From NCBI GenBank assembly GCA_964016885.1, contig OZ024754.1:38316001-38380000 (forward strand): 64,000 nucleotides of DNA, given 5' to 3'. Below the pieces are notes generated by a model. The model did no database searches. It had not been told where the DNA came from and was given only the letters and a program-made list of their open reading frames with translations. Origin of the DNA: Eledone cirrhosa (taxonomy: Eukaryota). Made by a program: the position numbers and the translations under genes. Every line of letters starts with the position of its first letter. Position 1 is the stretch's first letter. Positions 51,016 to 64,000 of this stretch are shown in pieces.

Positions 51016-51527
51016 ATATATATATATTATATATCATATATATATATATATATATATATTATATCATCATTTCATCATTTCATTTTACGTCCACTTTTCC
51101 CTGCTAGCAAGGGTGGGACGGGAACTGATTCTGGCTTGATTTCTACAGCTGGATGCCCTTCCTAACACCAACCTCATTTACAGTGAGTGCTGGGTGCTCT
51201 TTTGCCGTGGCACCTCCACGACCACTTTACAGTGGAATGATAGGGATCGCAGTCCCTATCATCTCATTTCTACAGCTGAGTAAACTGGAGCAACGTGAAA
51301 TAAAGTGTCTTGCTCAAGGAAACAACACATCATATATATATATATATATATATATCATATATATATTATATATCATATAGAGTATTTGGTTTATTTTCTT
51401 TACATATTGTCCAGGCATACAGTTTTTCCACGTTGGCGGCCCGCATTCCAAAATACCTTATCCTGTGCAACGCCGGGTACCACTGCTATTATATTATATA
51501 TATATATATTATATATATATATATATA

Positions 51528-51875
51528 CAGGGTGAGGACGATATTTGTTCGCAATTTTCAACTGCTAATTTTATGCAAATTTTTTGGAACGAGACACCAA
51601 CAGATCTAGCTGCAATACGAAAGACGATCTGAAGGCCAGGATCACAAGTGCCTTTAGGGGCCTAAGTTGGGGGACAGTGACGAAGGCCTGTAGCCGGTTC
51701 CGAGGCCGCCTTGAGGCCGTCATCAAAGCCAATGGCGGGTTTATCGAGTGAGATCGAAAGAACAAGTCATGAAGCCAAACTGACCCAAGTATGATAAATA
51801 TATCTTAAAAAATAAAACTACTGTGTTATTTTTTCCTAGACAGTAATCTTGCGAACAAATATCGTCCGCACCCTG
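51528..51875 (+). mobile_element. internally deleted Tc1/mariner element
   Basis: TIRs CAGGGTG.GGACGATATTTGTTCGC and GCGAACAAATATCGTCCGCACCCTG with TA flanks. Encodes ...KACSRFRGRLEAVIKANGGFIE* (transposase C-terminus). Confidence 0.88.
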
Positions 51876-52037
51876 TATATATATAATATATATATCATCG
51901 TCATTTCTACATCACCTTTTTTCCATGCTTGCATGGATTAGACACAATGTTTTATATTATTACTACCAACAACAAAAATAATATCTACACTACAGAATTA
52001 GTTTAACAACTTTATATGATTTTTTTTCTTTTTTCAG

Positions 52038-52070
52038 TAAGACAAAGAATTCTACAAACATCTTGGAAGA
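52038..52070 (+). CDS. IFT43: probable IFT43 exon 4, a 33-bp micro-exon (R-KTKNSTNILE)
   Basis: Long T-tract CAG acceptor and GTAAGT donor; phase 2-2 continues exon 3 in frame. Downstream exons are outside the window. Confidence 0.68.
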
Positions 52071-53574
52071 GTAAGTAGCAATATATATATTTTCTTTTAT
52101 TAGGATTTAATTATTCAGTTGATTATCCTAGGTAAGCATGGTGTCTGGTGACAATGGAAGTGTCAGTACATGGTGTTATTATTTACCTATTGTATTATAA
52201 TGATAAGGCGGCGAATTGGCATGACGTCGGATAGAATGCTTTCCAGTATTCGTCCAACCTCTTTGCACGCTCTAGTTCAAATCCCACCTTGGTCAACTTT
52301 GCCTTTCATCCTTTCGAGATTGATAAATAAGTACCAGTCCAGTACTGGGGTCGATTCTTCCTCTATAGAAAAAATTGTCTGTGTTCAGACCTGCAAAGTG
52401 TTGGGTTCTGCCAGGTTTAAAAGTGCCCTAGACATACTGTATGAAGGTGCTTCTGTGACTCCACAATGAGTTGTGGGATCTTTATTCTATTTTTTATTTA
52501 TTTTAATGATAACCTTATAAGCCTTTGAAAAATTAATGAAGGAACAGTGTGTTTATGTTGACTAGATAGACATAGTGAATAAATGTTGACAGAATAAACA
52601 CACTAGGTATATAGTGACTGAAGAGAAAGACTGTGTGTTTATGTTGACTAGATAGACTCAGTAAACAAATGTTGACAATAAACAATAAATACATATTAAC
52701 TAAAGAGAAAGACTGTGTAGATGTTGACTAGATAGACACAGTAAATAAATGTTGACATGATAGTGCATATATACTATTAAATTAAGAGAAAAACAATGGG
52801 TATAGATATTTACAAGATAGCTACAGTGTATAGATATTATCCTAGATAAACATGGAGTCTGGTGACAATGGAGGTGTCAGTATATGGTGTTATTATTTGT
52901 CTATTGTATTTCAATGATAGCCTTATAGCCTTTGGAAATAGAGTGAAGGGATTTGAAGAAATCTTATTGCAATACTGGACATACCGTTATCCAAGATTTA
53001 ATGAGAAATTATTTTAAAACTAAGGTGTTCAAGTAGAGAGACTACCTTAATGTTTGGCAGCAGCATCCTTAGGGATGGACAGGTACACTGATTCTCACCT
53101 GACTCACACATTTGCTTCTGAGACATTTTTCAGCCATACCCCAGTAACAATTTCTACTGACAGACTAAACTTAGTGAGGGACTGGAGTCTTGGAAAAGAA
53201 ATGGGCACTGCCAAACATTTCTAAGGTCCTCTGAAATACCAAGAGGGACACACAGTCAAACATCTAGAGTAGCACTCCAATGAATGGTTGCACCAGTTGT
53301 TGGGGTGTTGGGTACTGTCAATCATTTTTAAGACCCATTGAAATACCATGATGGACACTGAGTGAAATGTCTAGAGTGGCACCCCGACAACTTGCTGCAC
53401 CAGTTGCAGGGTGTTGAGCAGTGCTATGCATCTATTTCTAAAGCCCACTGAAATGCCATGATGGACACAAAGTCAGACATCTAGAGTGGCACCCCAATGA
53501 CTGGCTGCACCAATGGCACATCTAGTGTGGGACTCCAATGACAGACTCTACCAGTGGCACAACTAGAGTGGCAC

Positions 53575-56500
53575 CTCAGTGACTGGTTGGACCATTGGCA
53601 CACTGTGACTGGTTGGATCAGTGGCACACTGTGACTGGTTGGACTAGTGGCACACTGTGACTGGTTGGACCAGTGGAACCTCTGTGACTGGTTGGATCAG
53701 TGGCACACTGTGACTGGTTGGGCCAGTGGCACACTGTGACTGGTTGGACTAGTGGCACACTGTGACTGGTTGGACCAGTGGAACCTCTGTGACTGGTTGG
53801 ATCAGTGGCACACTGTGACTGGTTGGATCAGTGGCACACTGTGACTGGTTGGATCAGTGGCACACTGTGACTGGTTGGACTAGTGGCACACTGTGACTGG
53901 TTGGATCAGTGGCACACTGTGACTGGTTGGACCAGTGGAACCTCTGTGACTGGTTGGACCAGTGGCACACTGTGACTGGTTGGATCAGTGGCGCACTGTG
54001 ACTGGTTGGATCAGTGGCACACTGTGACTGGTTGGATCAGTGGCACACTGTGACTGGTTGGACCAGTGGCACACTGTGACTGGTTGGATCAGTGGCGCAC
54101 TGTGACTGGTTGGATCAGTGGCACACTGTGACTGGTTGGACCAGTGGCACACTGTGACTGGTTGGATCAGTGGCACACTGTGACTGGTTGGACCAGGGGC
54201 ACACTGTGACTGGTTGGACCAGTGGCACACTGTGACTGGTTGGACCAGTGGCACACTGTGACTGGTTGGACCAGTGGCACACTGTGACTGGTTGGACCAG
54301 TGGCACACTGTGACTGGTTGGACCAGTGGCACACTGTGACTGGTTGGACCAGTGGAACCTCTGTGACTGGTTGGACCAGTGGCACACTGTGACAGGTTGG
54401 ACCAGTGGCACACTGTGACTGGTTGGACCAGTGGCACACTGTGACTGGTTGGACCAGTGGAACCTCTGTGACTGGTTGGACCAGTGGCACACTGTGACTG
54501 GTTGGACCAGTGGCACACTGTGACTGGTTGGACCAGTGGCACACCGTGACTGGTTGGACCAGTGGCACACTGTGACTGGTTGGACCAGTGGAACCTCTGT
54601 GACTGGTTGGACCAGTGGCACACTGTGACTGGTTGGACCAGTGGCACACTGTGACTGGTTGGACCAGTGGCACACTGTGACTGGTTGGACCAGTGGCACA
54701 CTGTGACTGGTTGGACCAGTGGCACACTGTGACTGGTTGGACCAGTGGCACACTGTGACTGGTTGGACCAGTGGCACACCGTGACTGGTTGGACCAGTGG
54801 CACACTGTGACTGGTTGGACCAGTGGAACCTCTGTTACTGGTTGGACCAGTGGCACACTGTGACTGGTTGGACCAGTGGCACACTGTGACTGGTTGGACC
54901 AGTGGCACACTGTGACTGGTTGGACCAGTGGCACACTGTGACTGGTTGGACCAGTGGCACACTGTGACTGGTTGGACCAGTGGCACACTGTGACTGGTTG
55001 GACCAGTGGCACACTGTGACTGGTTGGACCAGTGGCACACCGTGACTGGTTGGACCAGTGGCACACTGTGACTGGTTGGACCAGTGGAACCTCTGTGACT
55101 GGTTGGACCAGTGGCACACTGTGACTGGTTGGACCAGTGGCACACTGTGACTGGTTGGACCAGTGGCACACTGTGACTGGTTGGACCAGTGGCACACTGT
55201 GACTGGTTGGACCAGTGGCACACTGTGACTGGTTGGACCAGTGGCACACTGTGACTGGTTGGTCCAGTGGCACACCGTGACTGGTTGGACCAGTGGCACA
55301 CCGTGACTGGTTGGACCAGTGGCACACTGTGACTGGTTGGACCAGTGGAACCTCTGTGACTGGTTGGACCAGTGGCACACTGTGACTGGTTGGACCAGTG
55401 GCACACTGTGACTGGTTGGACCAGTGGCACACTGTGACTGGTTGGACCAGTGGCACACTGTGACTGGTTGGACCAGTGGCACACTGTGACTGGTTGGACC
55501 AGTGGAACCTCTGTGACTGGTTGGACCAGTGGCACACTGTGACTGGTTGGACCAGTGGCACACTGTGACTGGTTGGACCAGTGGAACCTCTGTGACTGGT
55601 TGGACCAGTGGCACACTGTGACTGGTTGGACCAGTGGCACACTGTGACTGGTTGGACCAGTGGAACCTCTGTGACTGGTTGGACCAGTGGCACACTGTGA
55701 CTGGTTGGACCAGTGGCACACTGTGACTGGTTGGACCAGTGGCACACTGTGACTGGTTGGACCAGTGGCACACTGTGACTGGTTGGACCAGTGGAACCTC
55801 TGTGACTGGTTGGACCAGTGGCACACTGTGACTGGTTGGACCAGTGGCACACTGTGACTGGTTGGACCAGTGGAACCTCTGTGACTGGTTGGACCAGTGG
55901 CACACTGTGACTGGTTGGACCAGTGGCACACTGTGACTGGTTGGACCAGTGGAACCTCTGTGACTGGTTGGACCAGTGGCACACTGTGACTGGTTGGACC
56001 AGTGGCACACTGTGACTGGTTGGACCAGTGGAACCTCTGTGACTGGTTGGACCAGTGGCACACTGTGACTGGTTGGACCAGTGGCACACTGTGACTGGTT
56101 GGACCAGTGGCACACTGTGACTGGTTGGACCAGTGGCACACTGTGACTGGTTGGACCAGTGGCACACTGTGACTGGTTGGACCAGTGGCACACTGTGACT
56201 GGTTGGACCAGTGGCACACTGTGACTGGTTGGACCAGTGGCACACCGTGACTGGTTGGACCAGTGGCACACTGTGACTGGTTGGACCAGTGGAACCTCTG
56301 TGACTGGTTGGACCAGTGGCACACTGTGACTGGTTGGACCAGTGGCACACTGTGACTGGTTGGACCAGTGGCACACTGTGACTGGTTGGACCAGTGGCAC
56401 ACTGTGACTGGTTGGACCAGTGGCACACTGTGACTGGTTGGACCAGTGGCACACTGTGACTGGTTGGACCAGTGGCACACTGTGACTGGTTGGACCAGTG

Positions 56501-58512
56501 GCACACCGTGACTGGTTGGACCAGTGGCACACTGTGACTGGTTGGACCAGTGGAACCTCTGTGACTGGTTGGACCAGTGGCACACTGTGACTGGTTGGAC
56601 CAGTGGCACACTGTGACTGGTTGGACCAGTGGCACACTGTGACTGGTTGGACCAGTGGCACACTGTGACTGGTTGGACCAGTGGCACACTGTGACTGGTT
56701 GGACCAGTGGCACACTGTGACTGGTTGGACCAGTGGCACACTGTGACTGGTTGGACCAGTGGAACCTCTGTGACTGGTTGGACCAGTGGCACACTGTGAC
56801 TGGTTGGACCAGTGGCACACTGTGACTGGTTGGACCAGTGGCACACTGTGACTGGTTGGACCAGTGGCACACTGTGACTGGTTGGACCAGTGGCACACTG
56901 TGACTGGTTGGACCAGTGGCACACTGTGACTGGTTGGACCAGTGGCACACTGTGACTGGTTGGACCAGTGGCACACTGTGACTGGTTGGACCAGTGGCAC
57001 ACTGTGACTGGTTGGACCAGTGGCACACTGTGACTGGTTGGACCAGTGGCACACTGTGACTGGTTGGACCAGTGGCACACTGTGACTGGTTGGACCAGTG
57101 GAACCTCTGTGACTGGTTGGACCAGTGGCACACTGTGACTGGTTGGACCAGTGGCACACTGTGACTGGTTGGACCAGTGGCACACTGTGACTGGTTGGAC
57201 CAGTGGCACACTGTGACTGGTTGGACCAGTGGCACACTGTGACTGGTTGGACCAGTGGCACACTGTGACTGGTTGGACCAGTGGCACACTGTGACTGGTT
57301 GGACCAGTGGCACACTGTGACTGGTTGGACCAGTGGCACACTGTGACTGGTTGGACCAGTGGCACACTGTGACTGGTTGGACCAGTGGCACACTGTGACT
57401 GGTTGGACCAGTGGCACACTGTGACTGGTTAGATCAGTGGCACACTGTGACTGGTTGGACCAGTGGCACACTGTGACTGGTTGGGCCAGTGGCACCTCAG
57501 TGACTGGTTAGATCAGTGGCACACTGTGACTGGTTGGGCCAGTGGCACACTGTGACTGGTTGGACCAGTGGAACCTCTGTGACTGGTTGGACCAGTGGCA
57601 CACTGTGACTGGTTGGACCAGTGGCACACTGTGACTGGTTGGACCAGTGGCACACTGTGACTGGTTGGGCCAGTGGCACACTGTGACTGGTTGGACCAGT
57701 GGCACACTGTGACTGGTTGGACCAGTGGCACACTGTGACTGGTTGGACCAGTGGCACACTGTGACTGGTTGGACCAGTGGAACACTGTGACTGGTTGGAC
57801 CAGTGGCACACTGTGACTGGTTGGACCAGTGGCACACTGTGACTGGTTGGGCCAGTGGCACACTGTGACTGGTTGGACCAGTGGCACACTGTGACTGGTT
57901 GGACCAGTGGCACACTGTGACTGGTTGGACCAGTGGCACACTGTGACTGGTTGGGCCAGTGGCACACTGTGACTGGTTGGACCAGTGGCACACTGTGACT
58001 GGTTGGGCCAGTGGCACACTGTGACTGGTTGGACTAGTGGAACACTGTGACTGGTTGGACCAGTGGCACACTGTGACTGGTTGGACCAGTGGCACACTGT
58101 GACTGGTTGGACCAGTGGCACCTCAGTGACTGGTTAGATCAGTGGCACACTGTGACTGGTTGGATCAGTGGCACACTGTGACTGGTTGGGCCAGTGGCAC
58201 ACTGTGACTGGTTGGACCAGTGGCACACTGTGACTGGTTGGGCCAGTGGCACACTGACTGGTTGGACTAGTGGAACACTGTGACTGGTTGGACCAGTGGC
58301 ACACTGTGACTGGTTGGACCAGTGGCACACTGTGACTGGTTGGACCAGTGGCACCTCAGTGACTGGTTAGATCAGTGGCACACTGTGACTGGTTGGATCA
58401 GTGGCACACTGTGACTGGTTGGGCCAGTGGCACACTGTGACTGGTTGGACCAGTGGCACACTGTGACTGGTTGGACTAGTGGCACACTGTGACTGGTTGG
58501 ACCAGTGGCACA
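53575..58512. repeat. 26-bp satellite (GTGACTGGTTGGACCAGTGGCACACT, plus a 27-bp GGAACCTCT variant), about 190 copies
   Basis: Highly homogeneous array in an IFT43 intron. Confidence 0.98.
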
Positions 58513-58867
58513 TCTAGAGTGGCACCCCAATGACTGGTTACATCAGTTGTTAGGGAAGCTATGCTGCTGGCAGTAAAGGGGACCACTAGACCCTAACTTC
58601 AGGTTTTACTATTATGTCTTGTTAATATGTCCTTGACAGACTGGATTGGAATATCCACTAGAACATCAGACAGAGGCCATTACAGTAGCCATATACAGAT
58701 ATCCAAGGAAAATCATCATTATCGATTAACGTCCATCTTCCACGCAAGCATGGGTTAGACGGGTCCTATTTTAAAGCAAGTTGTGTCAGGTGACCATGTC
58801 TCGCTCATATAGGGGTGTTTCTGGCTGGGTTTCTATGGCTGGATGCCCTTCTTAACGCCAACCACAT

Positions 58868-61800
58868 TTGTGGGCTGGGTGCTTTTTGCCATGTCTTTTG
58901 CACATCCACTTTACAGTGTGGGCTGGGTGCTTTTTGCCATGTCTTTTGCACATCCACTTTACAGTGTGCGCTGGGTGCTTTTTGCCATGTCTTTTACACA
59001 TCCACTTTACAGTGTGGGCTGGGTGCTTTTTGCCATGTCTTTTACACATCCACTTTACAGTGTGGGCTGGGTGCTTTTTGCCATGTCTTTTGCACATCCA
59101 CTTTACAGTGTGCGCTGGGTGCTTTTTGCCATGTCTTTTACACATCCACTTTACAGTGTGGGCTGGGTGCTTTTTGCCATGTCTTTTACACATCCACTTT
59201 ACAGTGTGGGCTGGGTGCTTTTTGCCATGTCTTTTACACATCCACTTTACAGTGTGGGCTGGGTGCTTTTTGCCATGTCTTTTACACATCCACTTTACAG
59301 TGTGGGCTGGGTGCTTTTTGCCATGTCTTTTGCACATCCACTTTACAGTGTGCGCTGGGTGCTTTTTGCCATGTCTTTTACATATCCACTTTACAGTGTG
59401 CGCTGGGTGCTTTTTGCCATGTCTTTTACACATCCACTTTACAGTGTGGGCTGGGTGCTTTTTGCCATGTCTTTTGCACATCCACTTTACAGTGTGCGCT
59501 GGGTGCTTTTTGCCATGTCTTTTACACATCCACTTTACAGTGTGGGCTGGGTGCTTTTTGCCATGTCTTTTACACATCCACTTTACAGTGTGGGCTGGGT
59601 GCTTTTTGCCATGTCTTTTGCACATCCACTTTACAGTGTGCGCTGGGTGCTTTTTGCCATGTCTTTTACACATCCACTTTACAGTGTGCGCTGGGTGCTT
59701 TTTGCCATGTCTTTTACACATCCACTTTACAGTGTGGGCTGGGTGCTTTTTGCCATGTCTTTTGCACATCCACTTTACAGTGTGCGCTGGGTGCTTTTTG
59801 CCATGTCTTTTACACATCCACTTTACAGTGTGGGCTGGGTGCTTTTTGCCATGTCTTTTACACATCCACTTTACAGTGTGGGCTGGGTGCTTTTTGCCAT
59901 GTCTTTTACACATCCACTTTACAGTGTGGGCTGGGTGCTTTTTGCCATGTCTTTTACACATCCACTTTACAGTGTGGGCTGGGTGCTTTTTGCCATGTCT
60001 TTTACACATCCACTTTACAGTGTGGGCTGGGTGCTTTTTGCCATGTCTTTTGCACATCCACTTTACAGTGTGGGCTGGGTGCTTTTTGCCATGTCTTTTG
60101 CACATCCACTTTACAGTGTGGGCTGGGTGCTTTTTGCCATGTCTTTTACACATCCACTTTACAGTGTGGGCTGGGTGCTTTTTGCCATGTCTTTTACACA
60201 TCCACTTTACAGTGTGGGCTGGGTGCTTTTTGCCATGTCTTTTACACATCCACTTTACAGTGTGGGCTGGGTGCTTTTTGCCATGTCTTTTACACATCCA
60301 CTTTACAGTGTGGGCTGGGTGCTTTTTGCCATGTCTTTTACACATCCACTTTACAGTGTGGGCTGGGTGCTTTTTGCCATGTCTTTTACACATCCACTTT
60401 ACAGTGTGGGCTGGGTGCTTTTTGCCATGTCTTTTACACATCCACTTTACAGTGTGGGCTGGGTGCTTTTTGCCATGTCTTTTACACATCCACTTTACAG
60501 TGTGGGCTGGGTGCTTTTTGCCATGTCTTTTACACATCCACTTTACAGTGTGGGCTGGGTGCTTTTTGCCATGTCTTTTGCACATCCACTTTACAGTGTG
60601 GGCTGGGTGCTTTTTGCCATGTCTTTTACACATCCACTTTACAGTGTGGGCTGGGTGCTTTTTGCCATGTCTTTTGCACATCCACTTTACAGTGTGGGCT
60701 GGGTGCTTTTTGCCATGTCTTTTGCACATCCACTTTACAGTGTGGGCTGGGTGCTTTTTGCCATGTCTTTTGCACATCCACTTTACAGTGTGGGCTGGGT
60801 GCTTTTTGCCATGTCTTTTACACATCCACTTTACAGTGTGGGCTGGGTGCTTTTTGCCATGTCTTTTACACATCCACTTTACAGTGTGGGCTGGGTGCTT
60901 TTTGCCATGTCTTTTGCACATCCACTTTACAGTGTGGGCTGGGTGCTTTTTGCCATGTCTTTTACACATCCACTTTACAGTGTGGGCTGGGTGCTTTTTG
61001 CCATGTCTTTTACACATCCACTTTACAGTGTGGGCTGGGTGCTTTTTGCCATGTCTTTTACACATCCACTTTACAGTGTGGGCTGGGTGCTTTTTGCCAT
61101 GTCTTTTGCACATCCACTTTACAGTGTGGGCTGGGTGCTTTTTGCCATGTCTTTTGCACATCCACTTTACAGTGTGGGCTGGGTGCTTTTTGCCATGTCT
61201 TTTGCACATCCACTTTACAGTGTGGGCTGGGTGCCTTTTGCCATGTCTTTTGCACATCCACTTTACAGTGTGGGCTGGGTGCTTTTTGCCATGTCTTTTA
61301 CACATCCACTTTACAGTGTGGGCTGGGTGCTTTTTGCCATGTCTTTTGCACATCCACTTTACAGTGTGGGCTGGGTGCTTTTTGCCATGTCTTTTACACA
61401 TCCACTTTACAGTGTGGGCTGGGTGCTTTTTGCCATGTCTTTTGCACATCCACTTTACAGTGTGGGCTGGGTGCTTTTTGCCATGTCTTTTGCACATCCA
61501 CTTTACAGTGTGGGCTGGGTGCTTTTTGCCATGTCTTTTGCACATCCACTTTACAGTGTGGGCTGGGTGCTTTTTGCCATGTCTTTTACACATCCACTTT
61601 ACAGTGTGGGCTGGGTGCTTTTTGCCATGTCTTTTACACATCCACTTTACAGTGTGGGCTGGGTGCTTTTTGCCATGTCTTTTACACATCCACTTTACAG
61701 TGTGGGCTGGGTGCTTTTTGCCATGTCTTTTGCACATCCACTTTACAGTGTGGGCTGGGTGCTTTTTGCCATGTCTTTTGCACATCCACTTTACAGTGTG

Positions 61801-64000
61801 GGCTGGGTGCTTTTTGCCATGTCTTTTGCACATCCACTTTACAGTGTGGGCTGGGTGCTTTTTGCCATGTCTTTTGCACATCCACTTTACAGTGTGGGCT
61901 GGGTGCTTTTTGCCATGTCTTTTACACATCCACTTTACAGTGTGGGCTGGGTGCTTTTTGCCATGTCTTTTGCACATCCACTTTACAGTGTGGGCTGGGT
62001 GCTTTTTGCCATGTCTTTTACACATCCACTTTACAGTGTGGGCTGGGTGCTTTTTGCCATGTCTTTTGCACATCCACTTTACAGTGTGGGCTGGGTGCTT
62101 TTTGCCATGTCTTTTGCACATCCACTTTACAGTGTGGGCTGGGTGCTTTTTGCCATGTCTTTTGCACATCCACTTTACAGTGTGGGCTGGGTGCTTTTTG
62201 CCATGTCTTTTGCACATCCACTTTACAGTGTGGGCTGGGTGCTTTTTGCCATGTCTTTTACACATCCACTTTACAGTGTGGGCTGGGTGCTTTTTGCCAT
62301 GTCTTTTGCACATCCACTTTACAGTGTGGGCTGGGTGCTTTTTGCCATGTCTTTTACACATCCACTTTACAGTGTGGGCTGGGTGCTTTTTGCCATGTCT
62401 TTTACACATCCACTTTACAGTGTGGGCTGGGTGCTTTTTGCCATGTCTTTTGCACATCCACTTTACAGTGTGGGCTGGGTGCTTTTTGCCATGTCTTTTG
62501 CACATCCACTTTACAGTGTGGGCTGGGTGCTTTTTGCCATGTCTTTTACACATCCACTTTACAGTGTGGGCTGGGTGCTTTTTGCCATGTCTTTTACACA
62601 TCCACTTTACAGTGTGGGCTGGGTGCTTTTTGCCATGTCTTTTGCACATCCACTTTACAGTGTGGGCTGGGTGCTTTTTGCTGCATCTTTTGCACATCCA
62701 CTTTACAGTGTGGGCTGGGTGCTTTTTGCTGCATCTTTTGCACATCCACTTTACAGTGTGGGCTGGGTGCTTTTTGCTGCATCTTTTGCACATCCACTTT
62801 ACAGTGTGGGCTGGGTGCTTTTTGCTGCATCTTTTGCACATCCACTTTACAGTGTGGGCTGGGTGCTTTTTGCTGCATCTTTTGCACATCCACTTTACAG
62901 TGTGGGCTGGGTGCTTTTTGCTGCATCTTTTGCACATCCACTTTACAGTGTGAGCTGGGTGCTTTTTGCTGCATCTTTTGCACATCCACTTTACAGTGTG
63001 GGCTGGGTACTTTTTGCCATGTCTTTTGCACATCCACTTTACAGTGTGGGCTGGGTGCTTTTTGCCATGTCTTTTACACATCCACTTTACAGTGTGGGCT
63101 GGGTGCTTTTTGCCATGTCTTTTACACATCCACTTTACAGTGTGGGCTGGGTGCTTTTTGCTGCATCTTTTGCACATCCACTTTACAGTGTGGGCTGGGT
63201 GCTTTTTGCCATGTCTTTTACACATCCACTTTACAGTGTGGGCTGGGTGCTTTTTGCCATGTCTTTTGCACATCCACTTTACAGTGTGGGCTGGGTGCTT
63301 TTTGCTGCATCTTTTGCACATCCACTTTACAGTGTGGGCTGGGTGCTTTTTGCCATGTCTTTTGCACATCCACTTTACAGTGTGGGCTGGGTGCTTTTTG
63401 CCATGTCTTTTACACATCCACTTTACAGTGTGGGCTGGGTGCTTTTTGCCATGTCTTTTGCACATCCACTTTACAGTGTGGGCTGGGTGCTTTTTGCTGC
63501 ATCTTTTGCACATCCACTTTACAGTGTGGGCTGGGTGCTTTTTGCTGCATCTTTTGCACATCCACTTTACAGTGTGGGCTGGGTGCTTTTTGCTGCATCT
63601 TTTGCACATCCACTTTACAGTGTGGGCTGGGTGCTTTTTGCTGCATCTTTTGCACATCCACTTTACAGTGTGAGCTGGGTGCTTTTTGCCATGTCTTTTA
63701 CACATCCACTTTACAGTGTGGGCTGGGTGCTTTTTGCCATGTCTTTTACACATCCACTTTACAGTGTGGGCTGGGTGCTTTTTGCCATGTCTTTTACACA
63801 TCCACTTTACAGTGTGGGCTGGGTGCTTTTTGCCATGTCTTTTGCACATCCACTTTACAGTGTGGGCTGGGTGCTTTTTGCCATGTCTTTTACACATCCA
63901 CTTTACAGTGTGGGCTGGGTGCTTTTTGCCATGTCTTTTGCACATCCACTTTACAGTGTGGGCTGGGTGCTTTTTGCCATGTCTTTTACACATCCACTTT
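58868..64000. repeat. 48-bp satellite derived from the RTE 3' UTR, >100 copies, runs off the window
   Basis: Unit CACTTTACAGTGTGGGCTGGGTGCTTTTTGCCATGTCTTTT(A/G)CACATC directly continues an RTE 3' tail at ~58712-58867. Confidence 0.98.

Noticed and set aside
53985-58354. Long ORFs (up to 1144 aa) of CHWSNQSQ/CATGPTSH/VPLVQPVT repeats
   Set aside because: They are translations of a stop-free 26-bp satellite, open in all three minus frames with frame-switching variants; no sign of coding constraint.
58852-63993. 1713-aa (MCKRHGKKHPAHTVKW)n and 1361-aa antisense ORFs
   Set aside because: The 48-bp unit is a multiple of 3 and derives from the non-coding LINE 3' UTR; it is open on both strands.

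Overview
This is eukaryotic, repeat-rich genomic DNA with abundant (TA)n tracts. The SINE/LINE complement suggests an octopus-like cephalopod, which is an inference. Two spliced genes lie head-to-head about 5 kb apart. ALDH6A1 (methylmalonate-semialdehyde dehydrogenase, minus strand) has 14 coding exons that I reconstructed by hand from 34081 down to 8737; its last exon is not visible and is probably left of the window. A probable IFT43 ortholog (plus strand) has four micro-exons from 39113 to 52070, absent from the ORF track, with an RFX X-box-like motif just upstream. The introns hold an apparently intact RTE-clade LINE (1039-aa APE-RT ORF with an inserted PHD-like Cys/His finger) whose 5' region is a two-level tandem array. 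They also hold truncated RTE copies, two tRNA-derived SINE families, piggyBac/hAT/Tc1-mariner MITEs, a Helitron remnant, a CRE-like LINE remnant and several large minisatellites, two of which clearly arose inside transposons. Two fold-back elements in ALDH6A1 intron 1 contain complete type I hammerhead ribozyme motifs (Penelope-like). The very long ORFs at 54-64 kb are satellite artefacts.
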